DNA from: a candidate division WOR-3 bacterium
Lineage (GTDB): Bacteria > Hydrothermota > Hydrothermia > LBFQ01
DNA: 64,000 bases
Direction: 5' to 3'
Assembly (NCBI GenBank): GCA_039802605.1
Contig: JBDRWW010000006.1
Coordinates: forward strand, 44,020 to 108,019
How positions within the stretch are numbered: position 1 is the stretch's first letter; each line of letters starts with the position of its first letter. The position numbers and the translations under genes are program-made. Below, in pieces: positions 29,501 through 38,135 of the stretch. The notes beneath the pieces were generated by a model. That model was not told the DNA's origin and ran no database searches. It saw only the letters and a list, made by a program, of their open reading frames with translations.

Positions 29501-30753
29501 AAGCCGCCTTTGATGGTATAGTTGAATGGGAGGATGTAAATGCGGTTAAAAACTCGGAGGGTTATTGGACCGTTATATCTAGGAAGGGGGCTATAATTCT
29601 TCGTGGGAAGGATGGAAGGAGCAAGAGGTATAACCTTGAATACGGTTATATCATTTATGTTTCGGATGGGGATAAGGTTAAAAAGGACGACAAAATTGCG
29701 GAATGGGATGCCTACGATTTGCCAATATTGGCAACCAAAGAGGGCATTTTGGAGTTTGAAGACCTAGTTGAAGGGGTATCTTTAAAGGAGGATGTTCAGT
29801 GGAATGTTTTGGAGTATGTTGTTGAGGTTGTAAGGCACAGGAGGCTATATCCCAAGGCCTTTGTAAAGGATCCCAAAACGGGTAAAATTCTAGAAGTAAT
29901 ACCCCTTGCAAACGGTTCAAGGCTAACCAAGAGGGCTTACGAAATATTTAAAGGTGGTTCGGATGCCCTTGTAAAACCCGGGGAGATAATAGCAAAACTG
30001 CCTAGAACTATATATAAGACTAGGGATATAACGGGGGGATTGCCGAAGGTTGAGGAGCTTTTTGAGGCTAGGGTTCCAAAGGATGCGGCGGTTATAGTTG
30101 AGAAGAACGGGGTTGTTAAGGACATAAAGTTGGATAACAAGAGGGGGATGATAGTAATAACCGTAGAACACGACGACGGTACGGTTAAAGACTACGACAT
30201 AAAGTATGGGGAATATTTATTGGTTTCGAAGGGTGATAGGGTGCAGGCGATGGATAAACTTGTAGAAGGTGACATATCCCCCAGGGATATATTGAAGGTA
30301 AAGGGGCCTAATGTTGCGGCCGAATACCTGTTGGAGCAGATACAAAAGGTTTATAGCGTTTCTGGGGTAGTAATAGACGACAAGCACATAGAAATAATCC
30401 TAAGGCAGATGCTGAGGAGGGTTAAGGTTGTAGATGGTGGCACCACTAGGTTTTTACCCGAGCAAATAGTTGATAGGGTAAAGTTGGAGAGGGAGAATGC
30501 GGAGGTTATAAGGAAGGGTGGTAAACCTGCGAGGTGGGAGCCGATACTCATAGGTATAAGTAAGGTTGCATCGACTACTGACAGCTTTTTAGCCGCCGCC
30601 TCGTTTGAGGAAGCGCCTAGGATACTGGCCGAAGCGGCCGTTAGGAAACAGGAAGACGATTTAAGGGGATTAAAAGAAAGGGTGATAATTGGAGACCTGA
30701 TACCCGCCGGTACGGGGTACTACTACGGGGTACTACGATTGGAGGATGGATAG
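26533..30753 (+). CDS. rpoC: DNA-directed RNA polymerase subunit beta'
   Basis: 1406 aa with [23 protein letters not shown], zinc CACGKF...[16 protein letters not shown], the catalytic NADFDGDQM and [11 protein letters not shown]. Confidence 0.97.
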   Translation: [1406 protein letters not shown]

Positions 30754-30827
30754 GATTGCGCTAAAAGTGGAGGAAGAGGAAGGGAAAAAGGAAGTTGCAC
30801 AAGGATAAAAAACTTTCTTTTCGGCCT

Positions 30828-30833
30828 TAGAAT
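30828..30833 (+). promoter_or_regulatory. -10 box TAGAAT, 8 nt upstream of rpsN ATG 30842
   Basis: TAGAAT-ACCTACCT-ATG, with no SD. No convincing -35 was seen. Confidence 0.35.
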
Positions 30834-30841
30834 ACCTACCT

Positions 30842-31027
30842 ATGGCTACGAAGGCGCAATTGGAAAAGATGAAGAAAAAACCAAAGTTTAAAACCCGGAA
30901 AAGGAACAGGTGTTTGATATGCGGTAGGGATCACGGATATTTCAGGCAGTTTGGGATATGCAGGATATGTTTCAGGGAGCTCGCGCTTGAAGGTAAATTA
31001 CCCGGGGTTATAAAGGCATCCTGGTAG
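30842..31027 (+). CDS. rpsN: 30S ribosomal protein S14 (short zinc-binding type Z)
   Basis: 61 aa with [25 protein letters not shown]...ASW. Confidence 0.92.
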   Translation: MATKAQLEKMKKKPKFKTRKRNRCLICGRDHGYFRQFGICRICFRELALEGKLPGVIKASW

Positions 31028-31036
31028 GAGGTAAAT

Positions 31037-31432
31037 ATGCTAAGCGATCCCATTGGCGATATGCTAACCCGTATCAGAAATGCCGTAATGGCCGGTAAAA
31101 AGGAAGTTATAATAGAACCCGCCTCAAAGTTTAAAATGGCAATCCTCGATGTATTAAAGAGAGAGGGGTACATAGACGGGTATAGGGTTGAAGGCGAAGG
31201 TGTGAAGAAAAGAATACTGGTACAACTCAGGTATTACAAAGGAAAGCCCGTTATACAATACATAGAAAGGGTTTCCAAACCCGGCAGGAGGGTTTATGTT
31301 GGCGTTGATGAAATTCCTAAGGTTTTCAACGGACTCGGAATAGCGGTATTATCCACACCAAAGGGTGTTCTTTCCGATAGGGAGGCTAAGAAACTCCGAG
31401 TGGGTGGCGAATTGGTTTGTAAATTGTTCTAA
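31037..31432 (+). CDS. rpsH: 30S ribosomal protein S8
   Basis: 131 aa with LSDPIGDMLTRIRNA. Confidence 0.95.
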   Translation: MLSDPIGDMLTRIRNAVMAGKKEVIIEPASKFKMAILDVLKREGYIDGYRVEGEGVKKRILVQLRYYKGKPVIQYIERVSKPGRRVYVGVDEIPKVFNGLGIAVLSTPKGVLSDREAKKLRVGGELVCKLF

Positions 31433-31443
31433 GGGGGTGAATT

Positions 31444-32052
31444 ATGTCAAGGCTTATAAAGAAACCGTTGGAAATCCCGCCATCCGTAAAGGTTGAAGTT
31501 AAAGAGGGCGAGGGCAAGTTTAAAGGCAGGATGGTTAAGGGCAAGGTTTTTCACTTTAAGGGTCCAAAGGGCGAAGTTGAGGTTTATGTTCCACCATTGG
31601 TAAATGCCGAATTGGAAAACGGTACAATAAAGGTTCATCCAATAGATGTTAAGAAATTACCCAAACCCGATAGAAAATTGGGTGAGGCTTTGCCCGGCAC
31701 CATATACAGAATCCTCAAAAACGCAATAATAGGCGTTGTCGATGGGTACAGAAAAGAATTAAAGGTTGTCGGTACGGGTTATAGGGTTAGAAAGGAAGGA
31801 GAAAAATTGATATTCACCGTTGGTTATTCCCATCCCGTGGAATACGAGATCCCGGAAGAGTATAGAAAGTATGTAAAAGTTGAAGTTCAAGGCCAAGATA
31901 CCGTTATCGTTTCAGGAACAAGTAAAGAGCTCGTGGGACTCGTGGCCGCACAGATCAGATCCATTAGGGAACCGAATGTATATACCGGTAAGGGAATTAG
32001 GTACGCGGATGAAGTGGTAATTTTGAAACCTACCAAGAAGACAAAGGCGTGA
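31444..32052 (+). CDS. rplF: 50S ribosomal protein L6
   Basis: 202 aa with [11 protein letters not shown]...GTGYRV...YTGKGIRY. It is about 20 aa longer than typical L6. Confidence 0.92.
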   Translation: MSRLIKKPLEIPPSVKVEVKEGEGKFKGRMVKGKVFHFKGPKGEVEVYVPPLVNAELENGTIKVHPIDVKKLPKPDRKLGEALPGTIYRILKNAIIGVVDGYRKELKVVGTGYRVRKEGEKLIFTVGYSHPVEYEIPEEYRKYVKVEVQGQDTVIVSGTSKELVGLVAAQIRSIREPNVYTGKGIRYADEVVILKPTKKTKA

Positions 32053-32062
32053 GGATAAGAAT

Positions 32063-32458
32063 ATGAACTACGTATCCGAAAGGGATAAAACCGAATATAG
32101 GTTAAAGAGGAGAAAGAGGAGGCATTTGAGGGTTAGAAAGAAAGTGATGGGGACACCGGAAAGGCCGAGACTCGTGGTTTTTAAGTCCAACAAACACGTA
32201 TACGCTCAACTGGTTATAGATTACCCCTTTGGCCCCTGTAAGATTTTAACGGGTGCATCCACGCTTTCCCCAGAAATAAGGGATAAAATTGCAAATTTAA
32301 AAGGTGTTGAAAGGGCGAGGGAGGTGGGGAAACTTATAGCGGAAAGGGCTAAAAAACTCGGGATAACCAAAGTCGTTTTCGATAGAGCGGGTTATAAGTA
32401 TCACGGTAAGGTAAAGGCCTTGGCGGAAGGGGCGCGCGAGGGTGGTCTTGAATTTTAA
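32063..32458 (+). CDS. rplR: 50S ribosomal protein L18
   Basis: 131 aa with [17 protein letters not shown]...[26 protein letters not shown]. Confidence 0.93.
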   Translation: MNYVSERDKTEYRLKRRKRRHLRVRKKVMGTPERPRLVVFKSNKHVYAQLVIDYPFGPCKILTGASTLSPEIRDKIANLKGVERAREVGKLIAERAKKLGITKVVFDRAGYKYHGKVKALAEGAREGGLEF

Positions 32459-32469
32459 GGAGGGATATT

Positions 32470-32991
32470 ATGGAGGAACTAATTGAACACACGGTGGTTA
32501 TAAGAAGAACGGCCAAGATGACGGCCGGTGGCCGTAAATTCCACATCGATGCTTGGGTTGTAGTGGGAAACGGTAAGGGTAGGGTTGGGATAGGTCATGG
32601 AAAGGCCCAAGAAACACCCGACGCGGTACAAAAGGCCCTAAGAAGGGCCAAAAAGAATATGATAGATGTCGTTATAGTTAGGGATACCGTACCACACGAT
32701 ATAAAGGTTAAATTCAAGGCTACAAAGCTTATAATTAAGCCCGCATCTCCGGGTACGGGTATAATAGCCTCCCGTCCCGTACGTGCTGTGCTTGAAGCGG
32801 CCGGATACCGCAATGTATTAACCAAAATAATAGGTTCAACCAACCCGATAAACGCCTTATACGCTACCATAAAGGCTTTACAAATGATGAGATCTCCCGA
32901 AGAGATTTTAAGGGCAAGGGGTAAATGGAAGGAGGAGGTAAAGACAAATGAAAGTGTTGAAGATAACACTGAAAAGGAGCCTAATAGATAA
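32470..32991 (+). CDS. rpsE: 30S ribosomal protein S5
   Basis: 173 aa with VVIRRTAKMTAGGRKF...VVGNGKGRVGIGHGKA. A C-terminal tail overlaps rpmD by 44 nt. Confidence 0.93.
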   Translation: MEELIEHTVVIRRTAKMTAGGRKFHIDAWVVVGNGKGRVGIGHGKAQETPDAVQKALRRAKKNMIDVVIVRDTVPHDIKVKFKATKLIIKPASPGTGIIASRPVRAVLEAAGYRNVLTKIIGSTNPINALYATIKALQMMRSPEEILRARGKWKEEVKTNESVEDNTEKEPNR

Positions 32992-33133
32992 GAAGAAAAA
33001 AACGAAGAAGATTATCAGGTCTTTGGGTTTAAGGAAAAGGGGTCAAACGGTTATACATAAAGATACCCCTTCCATACGGGGGCAGATCAACAAAGTAAGG
33101 GGATTAGTGGAAGTGGAGGAAATGGATGCCTAA
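32948..33133 (+). CDS. rpmD: 50S ribosomal protein L30
   Basis: 61 aa with MKVLKITLKRSLI...LGLRKRGQTVIHKDTPSIRGQINKVRGLVEVEE. Confidence 0.9.
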   Translation: MKVLKITLKRSLIDKKKKTKKIIRSLGLRKRGQTVIHKDTPSIRGQINKVRGLVEVEEMDA

Positions 33134-34355
33134 GGAATTCTTAATGCCCGAAATTGCTGAAAGCGTGGTTGAAGGCGAAATATCAAAATGGCTGGTAAAA
33201 GAAGGGGATGAGGTAAAAAAGGAACAACCGCTGGTTGAGGTTATAACCGATAAGGTTACCGTTGAAATACCCTCCCCCTTTGAAGGGAAAATCGTTAAAC
33301 TCTTGGCCAAAGAGGGGGATGTTGTAAAGGTCCATCAACCCATACTGATATATTCGGAAAGCGGTGAGAAAGATGTTGAATTGGAAGAAGTATCGGTAGG
33401 GGTAAATGAAAAAGAAAGTGTCAAACCTGAAAAGGGGGTTGAAGGAAAACCTTTATCCCAAAGGCCCTTAGCCGCCCCTGCCGTTAGGAGGTTGGCAAAG
33501 GAACTCGGTATAGAACTTTCCCAAGTAAAAGGTACGGGTCCAAAAGGTAGGATTAGGAAAGTGGATGTTTTGAGGTTTGCGGAAGAGATAAAGGTTCAAA
33601 AACCCGTCGAAGAAAAGATAGTTGAAATCGTTCCAAAGCCAGAGAAACCGGAGTTTGGTATAAGGAGAATACCGTTTAGAGGGGTTAGGAGGACGATCGC
33701 CGAACATCTCAGAAAGTCTAAGGATAACGCCGTTCACGCTTTCCACGCCGAGGAGATGGATTTCACAGAAATGCTAAATCTTTTGGATAGGATTAAACCT
33801 TTGGCGGAAAAGGAGGGTTTAAAAGTCACGATCTTCCACTTGTTCTTAAAGGCCGTAATAGCCACCTTAAAGAAACACCCCGAGTTTAACGGTAGGGTTG
33901 ATGATGAGAGGGGGGAAATTTTGCTTTACAATAGTATAAACCTTTCCATAGCCGTTGATACCCCCGATGGATTAAAGGTTCCCGTTATTAAAAATGCCGA
34001 GAGAAAATCTTTAATAGAAATCGCGAGGGAAGTTAAAGAATTGGCCGAAAAGGCGAGGAATAACAAACTAACCTTGGAAGATGTTCAAGATGGTACATTC
34101 TCCGTTACGAATATAGGGGCAATAGGTGGGGTTTTTGCATATCCCGTTATCAATTATCCGGAAATAGCCATAGTGGCATTACCCAAGCCGAGAAAGGTTC
34201 CGGTATTTGTCGGTGAAGAAATAAAACCGAGATATATGGCTACCATAGTTATAACCTTTGACCATAGGGCTGTTGATGGCGCCCATGCCGCAAGGTTCTT
34301 AAACGACTTGAAATCATTGGTGGAAAACCCCGAATTGCTCTTATTAAACTTATGA
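33126..34355 (+). CDS. 2-oxoacid dehydrogenase complex E2 component (dihydrolipoamide acyltransferase)
   Basis: 409 aa. Lipoyl domain with VITDKVTVEIPSP, E3-binding domain AAPAVRRLAKELGIELSQVKGTGPKGRIRKVDV, and catalytic DHRAVDG. The start overlaps the rpmD stop. Confidence 0.88.
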   Translation: MPKEFLMPEIAESVVEGEISKWLVKEGDEVKKEQPLVEVITDKVTVEIPSPFEGKIVKLLAKEGDVVKVHQPILIYSESGEKDVELEEVSVGVNEKESVKPEKGVEGKPLSQRPLAAPAVRRLAKELGIELSQVKGTGPKGRIRKVDVLRFAEEIKVQKPVEEKIVEIVPKPEKPEFGIRRIPFRGVRRTIAEHLRKSKDNAVHAFHAEEMDFTEMLNLLDRIKPLAEKEGLKVTIFHLFLKAVIATLKKHPEFNGRVDDERGEILLYNSINLSIAVDTPDGLKVPVIKNAERKSLIEIAREVKELAEKARNNKLTLEDVQDGTFSVTNIGAIGGVFAYPVINYPEIAIVALPKPRKVPVFVGEEIKPRYMATIVITFDHRAVDGAHAARFLNDLKSLVENPELLLLNL

Positions 34356-35398
34356 ATTTTCTAAAATCCATTGTAAATTTTTTCAGGCCCGCAATGGCCA
34401 TAGACTTGGGTACCTCAACAACTTTAATTTATGTAAGGGGCAAGGGTTTGGTTTTAAGGGAGCCTTCGGTTATAGCAATAGATTCAAAAACCCAAAAAGT
34501 TTTGGCCGTTGGTTGGGAGGCAAAAAAAATGCTTGGGAAAACCCACGAGGGGATAATAGCCAAAAGACCTATAAGGGACGGCGTAATACACAATCTCGAA
34601 TATGTTCAGTATATGTTATCGGAATTCAAAAAAAAGGCGATTAAAAACTTCGTTGCGAACCCCACAGTTCTTGTAGCCGTTCCCTCCGGGGCAAACGATG
34701 TTGAGAGGAAAGCGGCCATAGACGCGGCTAAGAGTATAGGCGCGGGTCAAGTATTTCTAATAGAGGAGCCCGTTGCTTCCGCCTTAGGTATAGGGTTGGA
34801 TGTTTTTGATCCTAAGGGTCATCTAATAGTTGATATAGGGGGTGGAACATCCGAAATAGCATTGGTTTCCTTAGGTGGGGTTGTTTATAAGCACCCGATA
34901 AGAACGGCCGGTGACGAGATGGATGAGGCAATAGCAGACTATATTAGGAGAAATTTTAACATAGCAATAGACGAAACCGTTGCCGAAAGGATAAAGATAG
35001 AAATAGGCGATGTATATGGTGAAAACAAGATGGAAATGAAAATCGTGGGATGGGATATATACGCGAGAAAACCCGCGGAAATAACTATAACCTCCGACCA
35101 CATAAGGGAGGCTCTAAACGGTGTGGTTATGGAGTTGGTTAACGCCATAAAAAAGGTTTTGGATAACGCCCCCCCCGCTCTGGTTCAGGATGTTTTGGAA
35201 GAGGGAGTATATTTAACGGGTGGTGGTTCAACTATAAGGGGTCTGGATAAAAGGTTGGAGGAAGAAACGGGTATAAAAATGATTAGGGCGAGCAATCCGT
35301 ATGAAAGTGTTGTTATGGGGGCGGGTAAAGTCTTGGAAGAATTATACAATAAAAATACGCAATATCACAAACTTTTGTATTACACGCGAAAGCCTTAA
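34352..35398 (+). CDS. mreB: rod shape-determining protein MreB
   Basis: 348 aa actin-like ATPase with AIDLGTSTTLIYV, VDIGGGTSEIA and LTGGGSTIRGLD. Confidence 0.93.
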   Translation: MNFLKSIVNFFRPAMAIDLGTSTTLIYVRGKGLVLREPSVIAIDSKTQKVLAVGWEAKKMLGKTHEGIIAKRPIRDGVIHNLEYVQYMLSEFKKKAIKNFVANPTVLVAVPSGANDVERKAAIDAAKSIGAGQVFLIEEPVASALGIGLDVFDPKGHLIVDIGGGTSEIALVSLGGVVYKHPIRTAGDEMDEAIADYIRRNFNIAIDETVAERIKIEIGDVYGENKMEMKIVGWDIYARKPAEITITSDHIREALNGVVMELVNAIKKVLDNAPPALVQDVLEEGVYLTGGGSTIRGLDKRLEEETGIKMIRASNPYESVVMGAGKVLEELYNKNTQYHKLLYYTRKP

Positions 35399-36081
35399 TG
35401 AACATAAATTTATCCAATTCGGAAATTCTCGCTTTGGTATCTTCCCTTTTATTTTTGTTTCCCCTTAGCCGGGAATTTTTAAGCGAATTTCTGAGCATAG
35501 TGTTTTACCCGGCGTTCGCTTTGGAGGATAAAATGTCCGAAATTTTCTATTTGCGGATGCAAAGGGATGAACTCTTGGCCTTAAAATCAAAAGTGGAGAT
35601 AAAATTCCTTACGGATACATTAAAGGTTTATCCGGTTAGGTTCAAAGGTTATTGCCAATTTATCGCTTGGAGTAATGGCCATTATCCCCCCTTTATAAAG
35701 GTTAAATGTGAAGACAAACCGAAGGAAGGGGATATTATATGGGCATTGGGGCTTGTGGGTTTTGTTGTGAAAAACAATAATAATTATGCAGAGGTTCAAA
35801 CCATTTATTCCCAAGATTTCTATGCAAAAGTAGTCGTTAATAGGTCATCGGTTATGGGTATATTAAAAGGTGGTAATCCCCCAAAAATAGAATTCTTACC
35901 TTATGGTTCGGATATAAAGGTGGGTGATACCCTGTATCTGCAAGAGCATCCCGGTGTGTATGTGGGAACCGTGAAATATGTTTTTTCATCCCCCCCTTTT
36001 ATCACGGTTGAGGTGGAACCCTTGTGGAGGTATGAGGTATGGACAAAGTTTTCACTTTTAGAACCTTTGTATATATTTTAG
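35398..36081 (+). CDS. mreC: rod shape-determining protein MreC
   Basis: 227 aa with an N-terminal TM, a coiled segment, then beta-rich GLVGFVVKNNNNYAEVQTI...VGDTLY. It lies directly after mreB. Confidence 0.7.
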   Translation: MNINLSNSEILALVSSLLFLFPLSREFLSEFLSIVFYPAFALEDKMSEIFYLRMQRDELLALKSKVEIKFLTDTLKVYPVRFKGYCQFIAWSNGHYPPFIKVKCEDKPKEGDIIWALGLVGFVVKNNNNYAEVQTIYSQDFYAKVVVNRSSVMGILKGGNPPKIEFLPYGSDIKVGDTLYLQEHPGVYVGTVKYVFSSPPFITVEVEPLWRYEVWTKFSLLEPLYIF

Positions 36082-37226
36082 CCTTCATAGTCATTTCTCT
36101 GGGTTTTTTCACGCTCGGTAGGGGAGTGGTTAATGTCCTCGATTTAACCCTTGTTATAATTTCCTTAATAACAATTGCGCGAAAGCCCCAGGTTGTAAGG
36201 GATATTCTGGGAAAAAATAGGGTATATTTTTTACTTTCGGGAGCGGTTATTTTATCCGTGATATTATCGGGGATTTATGCCTTAAATAAATGGGAGGTTT
36301 TTAAGAATTTTATACAATTTTCGGCTTACCTATTTTTGACACCTATTGCCTTAACTTCGGGGTTTGATCTCAAAAAACATTTGAGGATAACATTCTTAAT
36401 CCTTTCCCCATTTGTGCTAATGTATTCCTTATTGTTCTTTTGCACACCAAAGCCCGTTAGACTAACACTCTCCGATATACATCCCAACGCCTTGGGATAT
36501 ATTTTTGCCCTTTTATCGGTTTTGAATGTTGAAAACCCTTTACTCTATACAACCTTTGCCTTTCTAACCTCCCTAACATTCTCAAGGGCATCGATGTTGT
36601 CCCTGTTTTTGGCAACTTTAATATTTGCGGTTTTTAAAAGGGAAAAGAGATTTTTGATTTTTTCCGCTATTCCTCTGTTTTTTATGGTGATTATGTCCCA
36701 ATTGATTTCCCTTTATAAGGAATCCCAATTATGCCGTCTTGTGCAAAGCACCATAATTTTACAAAAAATCGAAAGTTCAGTGCCCGTGGATATAAGGCTT
36801 GTTAGGATTTATGACTTTGATAGGATAAGGATATGGGAATCGGCCTTAAAAATGTTTTTAAAAAGTCCCATTTTCGGTGTGGGTTCTGGCAATTTCAACC
36901 TTTGGGCCAAAGATATGTGCGATAAGGGGGAATTAAATAAGGCTCAGTGTTATGCATCCTTACCCCAAAAGGATGCCCATAATATGTTTATCGGGTTTTT
37001 GGCGGAAACGGGAATGCTTGGATTTTTATCAATATTATCGCTACTCGGTTTTATATTTGTAAAGTTGTTGAGTATTAAAGATTCGGAAGGTTTGGTGGTT
37101 TTTATACTTTCCATTTTTATAAGTTTTCTACACCCACCGGTATTTTTTACGAGGTATATGGGGATTTTGGTGTGGTATATCCTGCTCGGTAAAGTTTTAA
37201 ATTACACCGAAAGAATAATTCCATAA
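36039..37226 (+). CDS. O-antigen ligase/polymerase (Wzy_C) family membrane protein
   Basis: 395 aa polytopic protein with FSRASMLSLFLA and DAHNMFIGFLAETGMLGF motifs typical of WaaL/Wzy-like proteins. Confidence 0.7.
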   Translation: MDKVFTFRTFVYILAFIVISLGFFTLGRGVVNVLDLTLVIISLITIARKPQVVRDILGKNRVYFLLSGAVILSVILSGIYALNKWEVFKNFIQFSAYLFLTPIALTSGFDLKKHLRITFLILSPFVLMYSLLFFCTPKPVRLTLSDIHPNALGYIFALLSVLNVENPLLYTTFAFLTSLTFSRASMLSLFLATLIFAVFKREKRFLIFSAIPLFFMVIMSQLISLYKESQLCRLVQSTIILQKIESSVPVDIRLVRIYDFDRIRIWESALKMFLKSPIFGVGSGNFNLWAKDMCDKGELNKAQCYASLPQKDAHNMFIGFLAETGMLGFLSILSLLGFIFVKLLSIKDSEGLVVFILSIFISFLHPPVFFTRYMGILVWYILLGKVLNYTERIIP

Positions 37227-38135
37227 TGCCGATAAATACAAAATCCTTTCATACGTATATCTCTTGAAACCCACTTCAACATCCCTTAACGAAAACAGTA
37301 TTCTCTTAAAGTTTTCCCAATCACCGAAATCATAATAGTATTCCTTGGCCTTTGCATAACCTATCCTCAAAAAATAACCCTTCCATTTTTCAAAGAGGTT
37401 AAGCCCCAGTTCAATGACGGAATTATCCTTAAAGTTTATTACCCTTTCCCAAACCTCAACGGCTTTATGAAAATCCTCCCCCATCCTCAAAAATCCCTTG
37501 GCTATCCCCGGACTACCCTCTGAAACTCTATAAAGGAATTCGCTTTCTTCCCCTACAACCTTTATAAAATCCCCATAACTTAGTGGTGAAAACCTTATAT
37601 GCAATGCCCTTGATTTAACCGTTGGTAAAACATATGTTGGCTTTGAAGATATCAGGATGAAGATCGTGCTTTTGCTACCCTCTTCCAAAACCTTTAAAAG
37701 GGCGTTTTGGCTTTCCAAATTGGCATTTTCTATGTTCATGATTATTACAACCCTCTTTTCGAATTCAAAAGGGGGTTTTTGCAACTCGCTTTGTAAGCTT
37801 CTAACCTGTGAAATCTTTATTGTGCTCTCCGATTCGTAGAAGTCGTCGGGTCTGGGTTTAAAGGGTTCCCCTTCTTTACCCGAAAGGATAAACAGGTCAG
37901 GGGATCTTAATCCCCCAAACCTCTTACACCCATAACATTCACCACAGGGTTTTTCTTCACCTTTGCACACCAAAACCTGCGAAAACTCCAATGCCAATGT
38001 GGCTTTTCCCACCCCAGGAGGTCCAACAAACATAAGGGTGTGTATGTCGTGGTTTAATATCTTTTTAAGCATTTCCTTTGCAACAATTTGTCCTAAGGTT
38101 CTCCTAAAAACCACCATATCAGAAGTCCCAACCAA
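37197..38135 (-). CDS. holB: DNA polymerase III subunit delta'
   Basis: 312 aa with HTLMFVGPPGVGKATLA, the zinc module CGECYGCKRF and SRALHIRF. Confidence 0.8.
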   Translation of the reverse strand: MVGTSDMVVFRRTLGQIVAKEMLKKILNHDIHTLMFVGPPGVGKATLALEFSQVLVCKGEEKPCGECYGCKRFGGLRSPDLFILSGKEGEPFKPRPDDFYESESTIKISQVRSLQSELQKPPFEFEKRVVIIMNIENANLESQNALLKVLEEGSKSTIFILISSKPTYVLPTVKSRALHIRFSPLSYGDFIKVVGEESEFLYRVSEGSPGIAKGFLRMGEDFHKAVEVWERVINFKDNSVIELGLNLFEKWKGYFLRIGYAKAKEYYYDFGDWENFKRILFSLRDVEVGFKRYTYERILYLSALWNYSFGVI

